64,000 nt of DNA from an uncultured Verrucomicrobiae bacterium (GCA_963702845.1 OY969763.1:224001-288000), one strand, 5' to 3'. Numbered from the stretch's first letter, positions 42,592-52,804 are shown. The notes: a model not told the origin generated them from the letters alone. Numbers and translations: made by a program.

Positions 42592-45096
42592 ATGCGCCCA
42601 GTCCTCGTTTGCCTCCTTTTCGTTGGCCTTTTCCAAGCGCGAGGTGAAGAAACCAAAGACATCGCTGACGCCGCAAACAAATATGGCGAGGCGATGGTCC
42701 AGCATTGGTTGGTGGTGGACCTTGCCCAACAATTGGAACGCGCCGCCTTTTATCAGCCGCACGCGACTAATACCGAAGCAAACCAGATCAGGCTCGCGCT
42801 ATCGCAAACAGAGGAACAATTGGACGAGGCACGCTCGCTGTATAAAAAGTTGTACAAAAAGCAAGTGACCGGGCACCTCGATGCGCTCGATCAATTGCTC
42901 AGCGCCGCAATGACGCGTGACATTCAAAACGGTGAGCTGGCGCAATCATTGTTAACGCGCATCGGCAGGGAACTCGCTGGAAAAAAATTCCAGCCCATGC
43001 CGGTCAGCAATGAAGACCTCGCGCCAGCGTGGACTCCGAAGTTGATCGGAAAGGATTTCAAGCCGAAACGAATCATTTTCGGCAGCACCGGACAGTTTGG
43101 CGATAACCGCACTTTGCCATTGCGATTTGATTTCGGTAGCAGCGACTACGGTGCATACATGCCCATGGAATCCGCGGGCAAATTAAAAGTGGCTGACAAG
43201 CGCCGCGATCGCACTGATGGCATCTATTCATGGATGGAGACTCATCACGAGGGTTATCATTACTGGGCGGGTGTTTACAATAATCAGAACACGTATGTGG
43301 CTCCGTGGTTTCTAAAGCAGCATACCAACGATGATGATATCTGGATGCGCTTGATTGATGGAAAAATCCCGAGCCGTGGCCAATGGGCACAAGTAAACAT
43401 CTGGAACAAAGATGTCCAAAGTTACCTCACCAACTACTGCGAAACGCAAGGTCGCACCTTCCGCGATGATCCATTTCTCGTCTGTTACGACTACACCGGC
43501 GAACCGCATCCGTTCGGCTCGCAAGCGCCCGGTCTGCCGCAATACAGTGGATATAACGACAGTGCCGTCGTGGCTTTTCGCGATTACCTCCGGAATAGAT
43601 TTAAAATAATCGCGGGTCTCAACGACGCTTGGGGCAGTTGTTACGAATCGTTCAACAACATCCAGCCGCCACCCGATCCGTATGTCACTTTAGAAGCGAA
43701 AGCGACACCGCTCAGTTACGAGTTTCGTTTGTTCCGTCGCGATTCCCACATGCAATTGTGGAAGCGCCTCTACGACGCCTATCGCAAAGGAGACCCGCGT
43801 AAGCCAATCGAAGCCAACATTAGTCAATACATGAGCGGTTGGCCTGTGGAGGCGTTGGATGCTTACGGCATGCAGAAAGCGGGCGCGGCTGATTGGGTCG
43901 ACATGCACATGAACAATTTCCCGCCAAACCTCGCCGAGCAAATTTACCTCTACAGCATCTGCCGCCTCACCGGGAAAGTTCCTGTGCAGTTCGAATACAT
44001 TTGGAGTTTCCCGCGCACGACTCCATTCGATGACAACAGCGAATCCGATTTTCGCGCGACCTGCATGTCGAGCGTCTGGCGCAATCTAGTCTGGGGCAAA
44101 AAAGCACTCGTGTTCTTTGATTTCTATTACGACTGGCCTGCCTACCACAACGCCTTCTTCGATCGCGACGTCGACTACTCAATTCTTCGCCCGTCAGGCT
44201 GTGTCGTGCCGACGACAAAACGAAAGATGCTTCGATTCAACGATCTGCTGATGAACACCGAAGTGGCCGAACCGCCCGTTATTGTTCTGCAACCCGACGC
44301 CAGCGTTTGGAACGGTCCGGCATTGCATCCCAATCAAAGTTTCAGCCACCACATCAACATCGCGCGCAACGACGTTCACAACGTCCTCTATCCAAAAAAT
44401 TACCCATTCCTTTATGTGCCAGAAAATGCCGTGCTCGAAGATCATTACGACCTCGCTAAACAGAAAGTGATCATCCTCCCGGACGCTCCGTATCTGCCGA
44501 AAACGATGACTGACAAACTGCTGGCGTGGGTTAAATCCGGCGGAACGCTGCTCTGCATCGGCGTGCCGGGAATCTGGACGCCCTACGGCAAAGACGACTT
44601 GCGCCTCGTCACTACGATTTTCGGCAAGAGCGAGGTGCGCGATACCGATCCCGGTAAATGGAAATGGTTCTGGAACATCACTACGCCGAACGAAGGTGTG
44701 CAACTGATGCGCGATGGCGACAGACTTGCCGGCGCAGTCGCGCGTTACGGCAAAGGCACCGTGTTCGTAGCGACCGAGAACTTCAACAGCTCATTAAAAG
44801 AACTATTCTTCCATGCCATCGATTCCGCGATCGGTTTGCGTCCAGCCTCGTGCATGAAGAACAGCTTCGAACTTGTCTTGCGCGAAGATAAACACGGCCA
44901 TCGTTTTCTGTTCGCACTCAATCCAAGCACGCGCGAGGTGCGTCAGGATGACGTCGTGCTCGCCGGTAATTACAAACACTGCATTGATCTGGGCGTTGGC
45001 TCCGGCGTTTCAATTCCTGCTACCCACGATGCGAAGACGACGAAGTTCGCCCTGCGCCTCGAACCGGGCGAAGGAACGGCAATTGAGTTGCGCTAG
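42592..45096 (+). CDS. Secreted GH42-like beta-galactosidase with trimerisation-like domain
   Basis: GEPHP, FRDYLRNRF..IAGLNDAWG, KVIILPDAPYL...WVKSGGTL. Confidence 0.75.
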   Translation: MRPVLVCLLFVGLFQARGEETKDIADAANKYGEAMVQHWLVVDLAQQLERAAFYQPHATNTEANQIRLALSQTEEQLDEARSLYKKLYKKQVTGHLDALDQLLSAAMTRDIQNGELAQSLLTRIGRELAGKKFQPMPVSNEDLAPAWTPKLIGKDFKPKRIIFGSTGQFGDNRTLPLRFDFGSSDYGAYMPMESAGKLKVADKRRDRTDGIYSWMETHHEGYHYWAGVYNNQNTYVAPWFLKQHTNDDDIWMRLIDGKIPSRGQWAQVNIWNKDVQSYLTNYCETQGRTFRDDPFLVCYDYTGEPHPFGSQAPGLPQYSGYNDSAVVAFRDYLRNRFKIIAGLNDAWGSCYESFNNIQPPPDPYVTLEAKATPLSYEFRLFRRDSHMQLWKRLYDAYRKGDPRKPIEANISQYMSGWPVEALDAYGMQKAGAADWVDMHMNNFPPNLAEQIYLYSICRLTGKVPVQFEYIWSFPRTTPFDDNSESDFRATCMSSVWRNLVWGKKALVFFDFYYDWPAYHNAFFDRDVDYSILRPSGCVVPTTKRKMLRFNDLLMNTEVAEPPVIVLQPDASVWNGPALHPNQSFSHHINIARNDVHNVLYPKNYPFLYVPENAVLEDHYDLAKQKVIILPDAPYLPKTMTDKLLAWVKSGGTLLCIGVPGIWTPYGKDDLRLVTTIFGKSEVRDTDPGKWKWFWNITTPNEGVQLMRDGDRLAGAVARYGKGTVFVATENFNSSLKELFFHAIDSAIGLRPASCMKNSFELVLREDKHGHRFLFALNPSTREVRQDDVVLAGNYKHCIDLGVGSGVSIPATHDAKTTKFALRLEPGEGTAIELR

Positions 45097-45158
45097 CGAG
45101 GTCGTTGTAATTTTGACAAAGTTGAGCGAGCTTTGCTGGATAGTTAAGGGAGGGAGAT

Positions 45159-46232
45159 TTGGCGGGGAACGTTCCAATTTTGCCATCGAACACTGGACCT
45201 GAAATTCCAGCGCGCGAGGAATTTGTTCGGCGCACCTGGATCGTGGTTTTCATCGTTGCTGGGGCCATTGCTTTCGCGCTCGTATTCTGGAGGGCGACGA
45301 ACATTTTCCTGATGTCGTTTGCCGGCGCGTTGTTGGCGATTTTCCTGCGGAGCCTGGCCAACCTCGTTCATCGTTGGACGAGGATGCGGCCCCACCATGC
45401 CGTCCTTCTCGTGCTGGTTGTTCTGCTCGCGTTATTTGCCGGAGCATGTTGGCTCGTTGCCGCGCCCGCTTCGCAACAGTTCGATCAACTCAGTAAGCAA
45501 GTGCCCATCGCCATCTCTAAACTGCAACAGCAGGTCATGGAAAGCACCGCCGGACGTTTTGTCTTGGAACGGATGGGTAGCGCAAGCGCTGAAACAGCAG
45601 CCGTGACTCAGCATGTCGGCAGTTTCTTCTCTGTGACGGTTGAAAGTGTTGTGGGCCTGCTGGTGATTGCGTTTTGCGGGATCTTTTTTGCGCTGAATCC
45701 TGATCTTTACATTGGGGGCTTCCTGTTACTTTTTCCGCGCATCAGACGTGAACGGACCCGTACAATCGTCTATGAACTCGGCGTCAATCTTCAGCACTGG
45801 TTGCTCGGGCAGGTGATTGCGATGACGATCATTGGAGTGCTGACTTGGATCGGACTGATGATAATCGGTGTGCCCTTGGCGGGAGCGCTTGGGGTGATCG
45901 CCGGGATTCTCGACTTCATTCCGGTTGTCGGACCTTGGATAGCGGGAATCCTCGCGGCGCTATTGGCAATAGTTCAGGATCCGATGAAGGCGGTTTGGGT
46001 GGCAGTTTTATTTATCGGGTTGCATCTGTTCGAGGGGCACGTGCTGATTCCTCAGGTGCAGAAGTATTCGACAAAGTTGCCGCCGGTGTTGACCATTCTG
46101 GCGTTGGCGTTGTTTGCCAAGGTCTTCGGATTCATGGGCTTGCTCGTGGCAACGCCCTTGCTGGTCGTTGTTTTGATCCTTGTCAAAACAATGTATCGGG
46201 AAGACGTGCTGAAACGGACAGGGGTAGATTAG
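45159..46232 (+). CDS. AI-2E family transporter
   Basis: WLLGQVIAM, LDFIPVVGP, EGHVLIPQV, LLVATPL. Confidence 0.88.
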   Translation: MAGNVPILPSNTGPEIPAREEFVRRTWIVVFIVAGAIAFALVFWRATNIFLMSFAGALLAIFLRSLANLVHRWTRMRPHHAVLLVLVVLLALFAGACWLVAAPASQQFDQLSKQVPIAISKLQQQVMESTAGRFVLERMGSASAETAAVTQHVGSFFSVTVESVVGLLVIAFCGIFFALNPDLYIGGFLLLFPRIRRERTRTIVYELGVNLQHWLLGQVIAMTIIGVLTWIGLMIIGVPLAGALGVIAGILDFIPVVGPWIAGILAALLAIVQDPMKAVWVAVLFIGLHLFEGHVLIPQVQKYSTKLPPVLTILALALFAKVFGFMGLLVATPLLVVVLILVKTMYREDVLKRTGVD

Positions 46233-46398
46233 GCGAACTGTAACGTTATCGTAACGCAGAAAACTGTGCGTTTTGATGCCCAGAGGCTCCGTTTCGGTAC
46301 ATTACTGTTGACGCGCTAATCATTAGTTTTTATTCTAGCGTCATAATTGAGGTTTTTACCTCGGTTCCTCCGGACCCAATGACAACGTGCATTGTTTG

Positions 46399-49144
46399 TC
46401 ATTGGGTCTTTTTCATTGTCCAACCGCGGCGCACGAGAAGTGTCAACATTGCAGGCAAGAATGTCAGCCCGGCGATCATGCAAGTCGCAATGCCCACAGA
46501 CATGACGAATCCCAAACTTTGAATGCCTTGATGGCGCGCCAGGATCAGGCTGCCGAAACCGGTGATAGCGGTCAGGCCGGAAACGAGGACGGCTTTGCCG
46601 GTACTTTTCGCGAGAATGGCTGGGTTTTGTTCCTCGGCGAATCGGTTCAAAATATGGATGCCGTTGGTAACCCCGATTCCGACGACCAGGGGCAACGTCA
46701 TGATGTTCGCCGGATTGAAGGGGATGCCGGTGACGCCCATGAAACCCATCATCCAGATCGTTCCAATCGCAACCGGCAGTAACGCCAGAATGACGCAAAG
46801 GAACGAGCGGAAGTGAAGCAGCACCATGATCGCGATGGCGATGAGAGAGTAGAGCGCGGCTTGTTGGTAGCTGTTTTTTAGCAGCGTCGTGTAAACGAAC
46901 AACTGGGTTGGGGTGCCAGTCACTTTTTCTTCGGGCAATGAGGACAGTTCGTCCATTAGTTTTTTCTGGTTCCCATGTTCCCACAGGCTGTTCTCGGCTT
47001 TGGGAAATACCTGGATCTGCAATTTGCCGGTTTTGCCGATGAAACGGTTCTTCAAGGCGGGCGGCAAATCTTCGGCGCGCAATGGGGCGGCGATTTGATT
47101 GCGCAGATTGGAAAAGGTGTCGTGCAGGTCGTCGAAGAGCGCGTCCTGGTAATGGTAGAGGCGTTCGGGAACTTGGGGTTCACCGCTCAGCATCTTGCGA
47201 CGAAATACTGTGACGGAATCGTGCAATTCCTTCATTTGTTTGGCGATCTCGGGTTCGTTTGTGCGTGTCTCATCCACGATCAACCCGAGGTAACCATTCA
47301 GTGAAAAGAGCGTCACGCCGAGTTCCTGCAAATCGATGCTGTTGGTATCTTCCGGCGCGAATTTTACACTGGCCAATTCGTTGGTGATTTCGCGCACGAT
47401 TTTGACCTTTTTCGATTGATCGCCCGCGAGGAATTCGGTTGGAGAAATGGTATTGCTCGCCGAGATGATGCTGCCGGGTTTGGCGGCGAGTTCTTTGATC
47501 TTTTTCTCGAACTCCTGGGCTTCTTTCAGGTCGTCGGCCACAACCGCGGCGTAAAGCACTGACTGGCCGGCGGAATCGATGAGCTTCTGTTCGTAAACCA
47601 CTGACGGCAGGCCTTTGCTCTGCATGTTGAGCAGGTTGTAATCGAAAAATACTTTGGGGAGCACGAGTGCGCACAACAGGCAGATGCCGACGGTGATGCC
47701 GGTGACGATGAGTGGTCGTTGCAGCCACATGTTTTCGATTTGGACGCGCTTTTCGACCTGCGGCCCAAGTTGATGATCGATTTCGTTTTGCCGACCGCGC
47801 ATGAGCAGGACGGGCAACATCGTCATCATTGGGATGAGACAGAGCACGAGGCCGCCGCCGGAAATGAGGCCCATTTCCTGAATGCCTTTGAACTTGGTGA
47901 AGCCCATCGCGAGAAACGCGGCGGCAGTCGTCAATGCACCGGTGACGATGCCCTGGCCGGTGAAGACCATTGCTTTTTCCACACCTTCGGCTTCGGTGCG
48001 ACCCCGGCGCATTTCTTCTTCGTAACGCGTGATGAAGTGGACACCAAAATCGATTGCCAGACCGATCAGCATTGGCGCGAAGGTGATTGTAAGAACGTTG
48101 AGATGTCCGATCGCGGCAGTGGTGAAGCCCATCGTGTAACCGAGTCCGATGACAAGGCATAGCACGGCTTTGAGGGGGCGGCCGGTTTGTTGATAGGCGT
48201 AGATGAAAATCAGTGAGCAAATGACGAGAGATGCAATACTGGCAACGGTCGAGTCGTGCTCGGACTGGTGCATTTCGTCGTACTCGAGGACCGGGCCGCC
48301 GGTCAGGCCGATGTTCACGCCGGCCACTTCGTGTTGTGTTTCGGCAATGAGCTGCCCGCATTTTCTCGACGGCCGGCCCGTTCACTTCTTCATTACGCGG
48401 GCGGGCGGTGAGCAGATAAATGCGGCCGTTGTTGAACGTGATATAGATCTGTTTTTCCGCTTCTTCACCGGCGCCGAACAGGGCATTCACGCCGGGAGAG
48501 ACGGCCATGCCGGGGCGCTCGAGACTGGCGGTCCCCTGGTCGACGATTCGTTTCAGGGCCGGAATCGATTTCATCAAGGAATCGTTCTGCGCGTTGGTCT
48601 CGCGTTTGGCGGTGCGGATTTGTGTGTTAATCAGGCCGAAGAGTGAATCGAGGTTCGTCGCCTGGGTGAACTTCTCGATGAACGGCTGCATGTTGTGCAG
48701 CGTGTCGCGCAAGTCGACGAGGTTGGTTTCGTCGATGAACAGCAAGGCTTTTTTGCCGAGCATGTTCATGTCGCCCTTGTAGAAGACGTCTTCAAAGGTG
48801 TTGGTCAACGGGTCGAGTTTGGCCGCCAGGCGCTCGACGAACTGGCGGTTGCGCTCCATGTTCTCGCTTTCCACAACCACGACCAATTCATCCTGTTGCG
48901 GGAACTCCTGGCGGAACTTCAGATAAATATTGTGATAACGGTCTTTCTCGCCGACGAGGTTGTCGCGGTTCATGTCCATCTCGAGCCCGCGCAATCCGAA
49001 GGACTTGAATGCCCCTGCCGTGTAGAAAATGCAAAAAATGCAGAGCAGGATTTGCGGCCAGATGAACCACTTCGGATGACGCAAGAGCAGCCGCGTAACA
49101 AAACGCAGCGCATTTGCGAAAGCCGAAGAGAACGGTGATTGCAT
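46399..49144 (-). CDS. MMPL/RND transporter, HpnN-like (frameshift near 48350)
   Basis: GLTGGPVL, IGLAIDFGVH, FDYNLLNMQ, NPANIMTLPLVVGIGV. Confidence 0.85.
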
Positions 49145-49262
49145 TTTTTAAAACCTTTAAGGATTAGAAATCAAGAGGTTGCCGCCAACAATCAAAAACT
49201 AAATCGAATGTTGGGGACTGTCAGCCGGTTTAAAGTAGGGGAGTCAACGCAAAGGCGCAGCC

Positions 49263-49597
49263 AAAGTCGAGGGGTCGAAGGTCGAAAGTCGAGAGCCAAA
49301 AGGGAGCCGAGAACCAATTGGAAAAATTTTGCCAAAAATGCGCAACTTTTGCAGATAGCACTGCGAAGGTGCAAAGAGTATTTGAAACATGGAGCGGAGA
49401 AATTATGGGTGCGGGTTGTGGATTGTGGTTCTAACATCTTTTGGTTTTGGTTTAAAACGGTTTAAAAAAGTTCAATTACGAGGAATGTGTTCAGTTGATT
49501 TGTGGTTTTCATAAATATTTATTTATTTCGTTTTAGGCGTCAAAAAGCGTCAAATTGCGTCAAAAAGCGTCAAAAAGCGTCATGAGGCGCAGTTTTG
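49263..49597. repeat. Heptamer repeat plus 10-bp-period repeat blocks
   Basis: AAAGTCG-like x4 (49263-49291); ttggtttaaa/acggtttaaa/aaagttcaat (49447-49476); CGTCAAAAAG-like x6 (49538-49597) after an A/T tract. Confidence 0.8.
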
Positions 49598-50329
49598 TGA
49601 CGGGTTGTCGCGGGTCCCGGGCGGAGACCATGAGTCGGGAATGTTGAAGGCGAGTCGGACGGCTTGTTCGCCGAGTGGTGTTGGGCCTGTGGGGTGATTG
49701 GCCGAGAATTTTTCGCGGATGAGTTCGATCTTTTGCTGACGTTGGCTTTCGAGAACCTGGGTGTTGATGAGGCGAGCGAGTTTGTAGAAGTGACCGGGTT
49801 TTTCGGTTAGGCCGTTGGTGATGAGGTTGGGATCGAAGTCGTGCATAGTTTGGGTGAGTTGAGCGGCGAGCATGAGGCGGTTGAATTCGACACAATCGTC
49901 CATGCCGTTGGTTTTGAATTTTTCGACGTGGTCTTTGACGTTGTCGATTTTGAGGCAGGCGGTTTCGACGCGTTCTTCTTTTCGAAGCCACTCGGCGTGG
50001 CCGCTTTTAACCCAACGGCGAATGTTGGAGGTGTTAAATCCGGGATGGCCTTTTTCGGCGAGTTGTTCGCAGATTTTGGAGTAAGGGACGTGGTCGGAAA
50101 GCGACTTGTTGACGAAGGTGCGGATTTCGAGGGGGAGTTCGGTGATTTTGCTGCGGTGAGGGCGATGGGCGCGTTTTGGTCGAACGGCGTTGATGTCGTC
50201 GAGCGCGGCAGGCTCGGAGGCCTGCGATACGGCAGGTTTAGAAACCTGCGATACGGGGAGTGCGGGGCTAGTTTCAATTGCGCCTTCGGTGCATAAGGCA
50301 GGAGGAATGTTTGTTGTTTCGTTATTCAT
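49580..50329 (-). CDS. Hypothetical helical protein resembling phage Mu gp27/DUF3486 (HTH-like N-terminal domain)
   Basis: RSKITELPLEIRTFVNKSL....YSKICEQL..KGH...NTSNIRRW pattern, recognised by eye only. Confidence 0.55.
   Translation of the reverse strand: MNNETTNIPPALCTEGAIETSPALPVSQVSKPAVSQASEPAALDDINAVRPKRAHRPHRSKITELPLEIRTFVNKSLSDHVPYSKICEQLAEKGHPGFNTSNIRRWVKSGHAEWLRKEERVETACLKIDNVKDHVEKFKTNGMDDCVEFNRLMLAAQLTQTMHDFDPNLITNGLTEKPGHFYKLARLINTQVLESQRQQKIELIREKFSANHPTGPTPLGEQAVRLAFNIPDSWSPPGTRDNPSQNCAS
50208..50255. repeat. Two tandem 24-bp hairpin (REP-like) units inside the coding sequence
   Basis: gcaggc-tcggag-gcctgc-gatacg / gcaggttt-ag-aaacctgc-gatacg. Confidence 0.75.
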
Positions 50330-50638
50330 AACTCATCTTTTTAATTCATTTCGGATTAGTGTAGCAACGCCACTTGGACAAAGGCTGTCCAAGTGAAAAT
50401 ATTTGTTTTTATTTTGAAAGGACTGCAGGGCAGCCGGTTAGGTGGAAAAATGGCTTTGACGGGGTTTTTTATTTAGAAAGAAGAGGTTGTCTCGCGGAAG
50501 ACGCGAAGTGGGAGTGGAAATGTGGTTGACAGTTCGAGAGCGTGGCGGACCTAATGACACAAGGAAAAGATTTCCTCCTTTAACGTTCACTTATGAGATA
50601 GCGAACACTTGTCGCATATTGTTTCTTAGGCTGCATCT

Positions 50639-51070
50639 ATGGCAATGCTCGGCGAAACTCGATCCAGGAGGCGGACGCGGTATCTGATTGCGTTTATGGT
50701 GACAATCGTCGCTGGCTTGGCATCGAGACGCTTCTCACAAGTGCTTCCGGCATTTTTGGGTAAGTATCCGGGAGATGCTCTTTGGTCACTCATGGTATTC
50801 TTCGGTTTGGGCATCATCTTCAAACAGGCCTCGAGTCTTAAATTGGGCTGTGCGGCGCTCGGCTTCTCTTTCGGAATTGAAGCACTTAAATTGTGGCAAG
50901 CGCCTTGGCTGGTGAGTATTCGTCGCACAACGTTGGGTCATTTGGTCTTCGGACATGTCTTTTCGTGGCAGAACCTCGTCGCATACACGGTCGGTATTCT
51001 TGTGGGATTAATCGTGGAAGTTCTGTTCGCGCGATTCTTATGTGTTGCTGGTGATCACAACGCCGATTAA
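50639..51070 (+). CDS. DUF2809-like membrane protein (putative gene cassette)
   Basis: GLASRR, YPGDALW, IE..KL.QAPWL..IR.T.LG.LV.G..FSW. Confidence 0.85.
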   Translation: MAMLGETRSRRRTRYLIAFMVTIVAGLASRRFSQVLPAFLGKYPGDALWSLMVFFGLGIIFKQASSLKLGCAALGFSFGIEALKLWQAPWLVSIRRTTLGHLVFGHVFSWQNLVAYTVGILVGLIVEVLFARFLCVAGDHNAD

Positions 51071-51189
51071 TTGTGCGCTGCAGTCAACTCCCGACGATCT
51101 TGGCAATTCAAACTGGCAGAGGTATTCTCTTGTCACTGGCTTCGGCTGCATACCGCGCTGGCGGCTGTGGCTGAGCTGAAACGTTATGC
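51065..51189 (+). mobile_element. Degenerate integron attC site
   Basis: R'' gattaat containing the upstream stop, 5-nt spacer, L'' gctGcagt ... L' gctgagc, 6-nt spacer, R' gttatgc; next ATG at 51200. Confidence 0.6.
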
Positions 51190-51199
51190 GGCTCACGTC

Positions 51200-51613
51200 A
51201 TGGCTGTCGTAGACGACATTCTCGCAGAACGCCGTTGCGGTGTTGTCCACTGCGGCGTGTCTCATCTTGCCCACAAAGACATTTTGAAACTCGCGAGCGA
51301 ATTCGGACTGCATGACGACCCATCGGTATTTGCTCCGATCACTGGCTCCAATGCCGTCGCGCTGGTTGCCTCAATACTGCACAAGGACATGGCCTACAGC
51401 CATCCATTGATGGCGGAGGAACGCGCCAAAGAATTGGCGGAACGGTTTCTTGAGCAGTTCGGCGCAGAGGCAAAACTCTACAGCAATGGCTGGACTGGCT
51501 CGGAGACCGAATCGACCGGATGGAACCCTGCCACTGATGCCACCTTTGATACCGGCGTCTTGATCATTGGCAATGATCACTCCGGTTGCATCTGGGTGGA
51601 AGACGAAGACTGA
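51200..51613 (+). CDS. Hypothetical protein (putative cassette, immunity-like)
   Basis: LHKDMAYS...WNPATDATFDTGVL...CIWVEDED; ATG right after attC. Confidence 0.7.
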   Translation: MAVVDDILAERRCGVVHCGVSHLAHKDILKLASEFGLHDDPSVFAPITGSNAVALVASILHKDMAYSHPLMAEERAKELAERFLEQFGAEAKLYSNGWTGSETESTGWNPATDATFDTGVLIIGNDHSGCIWVEDED

Positions 51614-51648
51614 AGTTTCACTCGTTCGCGCTCATAATCACACAATTT

Positions 51649-52215
51649 ATGATAAATAAGAAACCAGAGGCCCTTTGTCGGATGGCGAATATCGCGTTGG
51701 TCCTTCTGTTCGTCCTCTGCGGATGCAAAAGCCATCCGGGGCAGTCACCGAACCAGGTACCAGCTGTAATTGGCCAGACGACACAGCACCTTGAGAATGG
51801 AGTCTACTTGAGCCTGCGCGAGTCGTCCGCACAGCAAGAGGCCCGACTAACGGGTGTTCCATCGGTTGTGCTCGCTTATGACCGCAGAAAATATAGCGGT
51901 GCCCCGCCGAACGAGCCTCTCACCTACGTTGCCATTGATCCGAAAGATTTCGTCCCGCTGATTATCGAAGGCGCGCCGGAAATGAAAAGCGATGGGCAGG
52001 GCAAAAGCATTCTCACAGCATCACTGTCGCGCAAAAATGCGGAACGGCTAGAGGCCTTTACCCGCGCGCACCTTCATGGCCGCATCGCGCTGGTGGTGGA
52101 TGGAGAGGTCGTGACGTTGCACAAGATTCAGAGCGTCGTCACCGGTGGTAAGCTGCAAATCACTCGCTGCACCGACAACGCGTGTGAAGTGATCCGTTCG
52201 AAGCTCGTGAACTAG
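51649..52215 (+). CDS. Lipoprotein with SecDF P1 head-like domain (putative cassette)
   Basis: LCGC lipobox; AERLEAFTRAHL.GRIALVVDGEVV....IQS.VTGG.LQIT. Confidence 0.7.
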   Translation: MINKKPEALCRMANIALVLLFVLCGCKSHPGQSPNQVPAVIGQTTQHLENGVYLSLRESSAQQEARLTGVPSVVLAYDRRKYSGAPPNEPLTYVAIDPKDFVPLIIEGAPEMKSDGQGKSILTASLSRKNAERLEAFTRAHLHGRIALVVDGEVVTLHKIQSVVTGGKLQITRCTDNACEVIRSKLVN

Positions 52216-52255
52216 AATAGACCAACGAGAGCGCTGAGCTTATGTGTTTGACGGC

Positions 52256-52564
52256 ATGAATACTTTCGACCGATTACAGAGTTGGTACAAACGCCAATGC
52301 AACGGTGTCTGGGAGCACTCATCGGGCATTCGCATTGAGAGCTGCGACAATCCTGGCTGGTGGGTTAAGATCAATCTCGCGGGAACAAGTTTGCAGGCTC
52401 GCCCGTTCGCCGAGGTCGCTGAACGAATTGATGCGCGGCGTTTCGCTCTTGGCCCGCGATGGTTGAGCTGTCGTGTCGAAGGTGACACATGGCACGGCGC
52501 GGGAGACGAAACCAAGCTGGAGCGCATCCTTGAGGTGTTTCTCGTTTGTTTGGGCCGAGCCTAA
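52256..52564 (+). CDS. Immunity protein 53-like (putative cassette)
   Basis: LQSWY..QCNG.WEH..GI.IES.DNPGW.VKINL.GT.L. Confidence 0.85.
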   Translation: MNTFDRLQSWYKRQCNGVWEHSSGIRIESCDNPGWWVKINLAGTSLQARPFAEVAERIDARRFALGPRWLSCRVEGDTWHGAGDETKLERILEVFLVCLGRA

Positions 52565-52593
52565 TACTGTGTGATAGAGCATAAGAGTGAGCG

Positions 52594-52613
52594 GCCCAAC
52601 CATGCGCTGCAGC
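52594..52613 (+). mobile_element. Left half of an attC site (R''-L''), truncated
   Basis: gcccaac (RYYYAAC)-catgc-gctgcagc; no matching L'/R' downstream. Confidence 0.55.
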
Positions 52614-52804
52614 GTCTATGAGGGTTGTCAGGCGGTCACGCGGAGGCGCGGAGGCCGCGGAGAGGAAGGAACTGACCTGCTTGGGGTGGCGAATGGCGGG
52701 ATGTCAGAACGGGCCGCGCGCGAAGCGATGGGATGATTGTTCCGTGTTGAAAAGATGCGGATAGGAAGGACATTTCAGGGGACTCGCGAATCTGCACTTC
52801 ATAC

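Noticed and set aside
49580..52600. Prophage
   Set aside because: Apart from one gp27-like ORF there are no terminase, capsid, tail or integrase genes.
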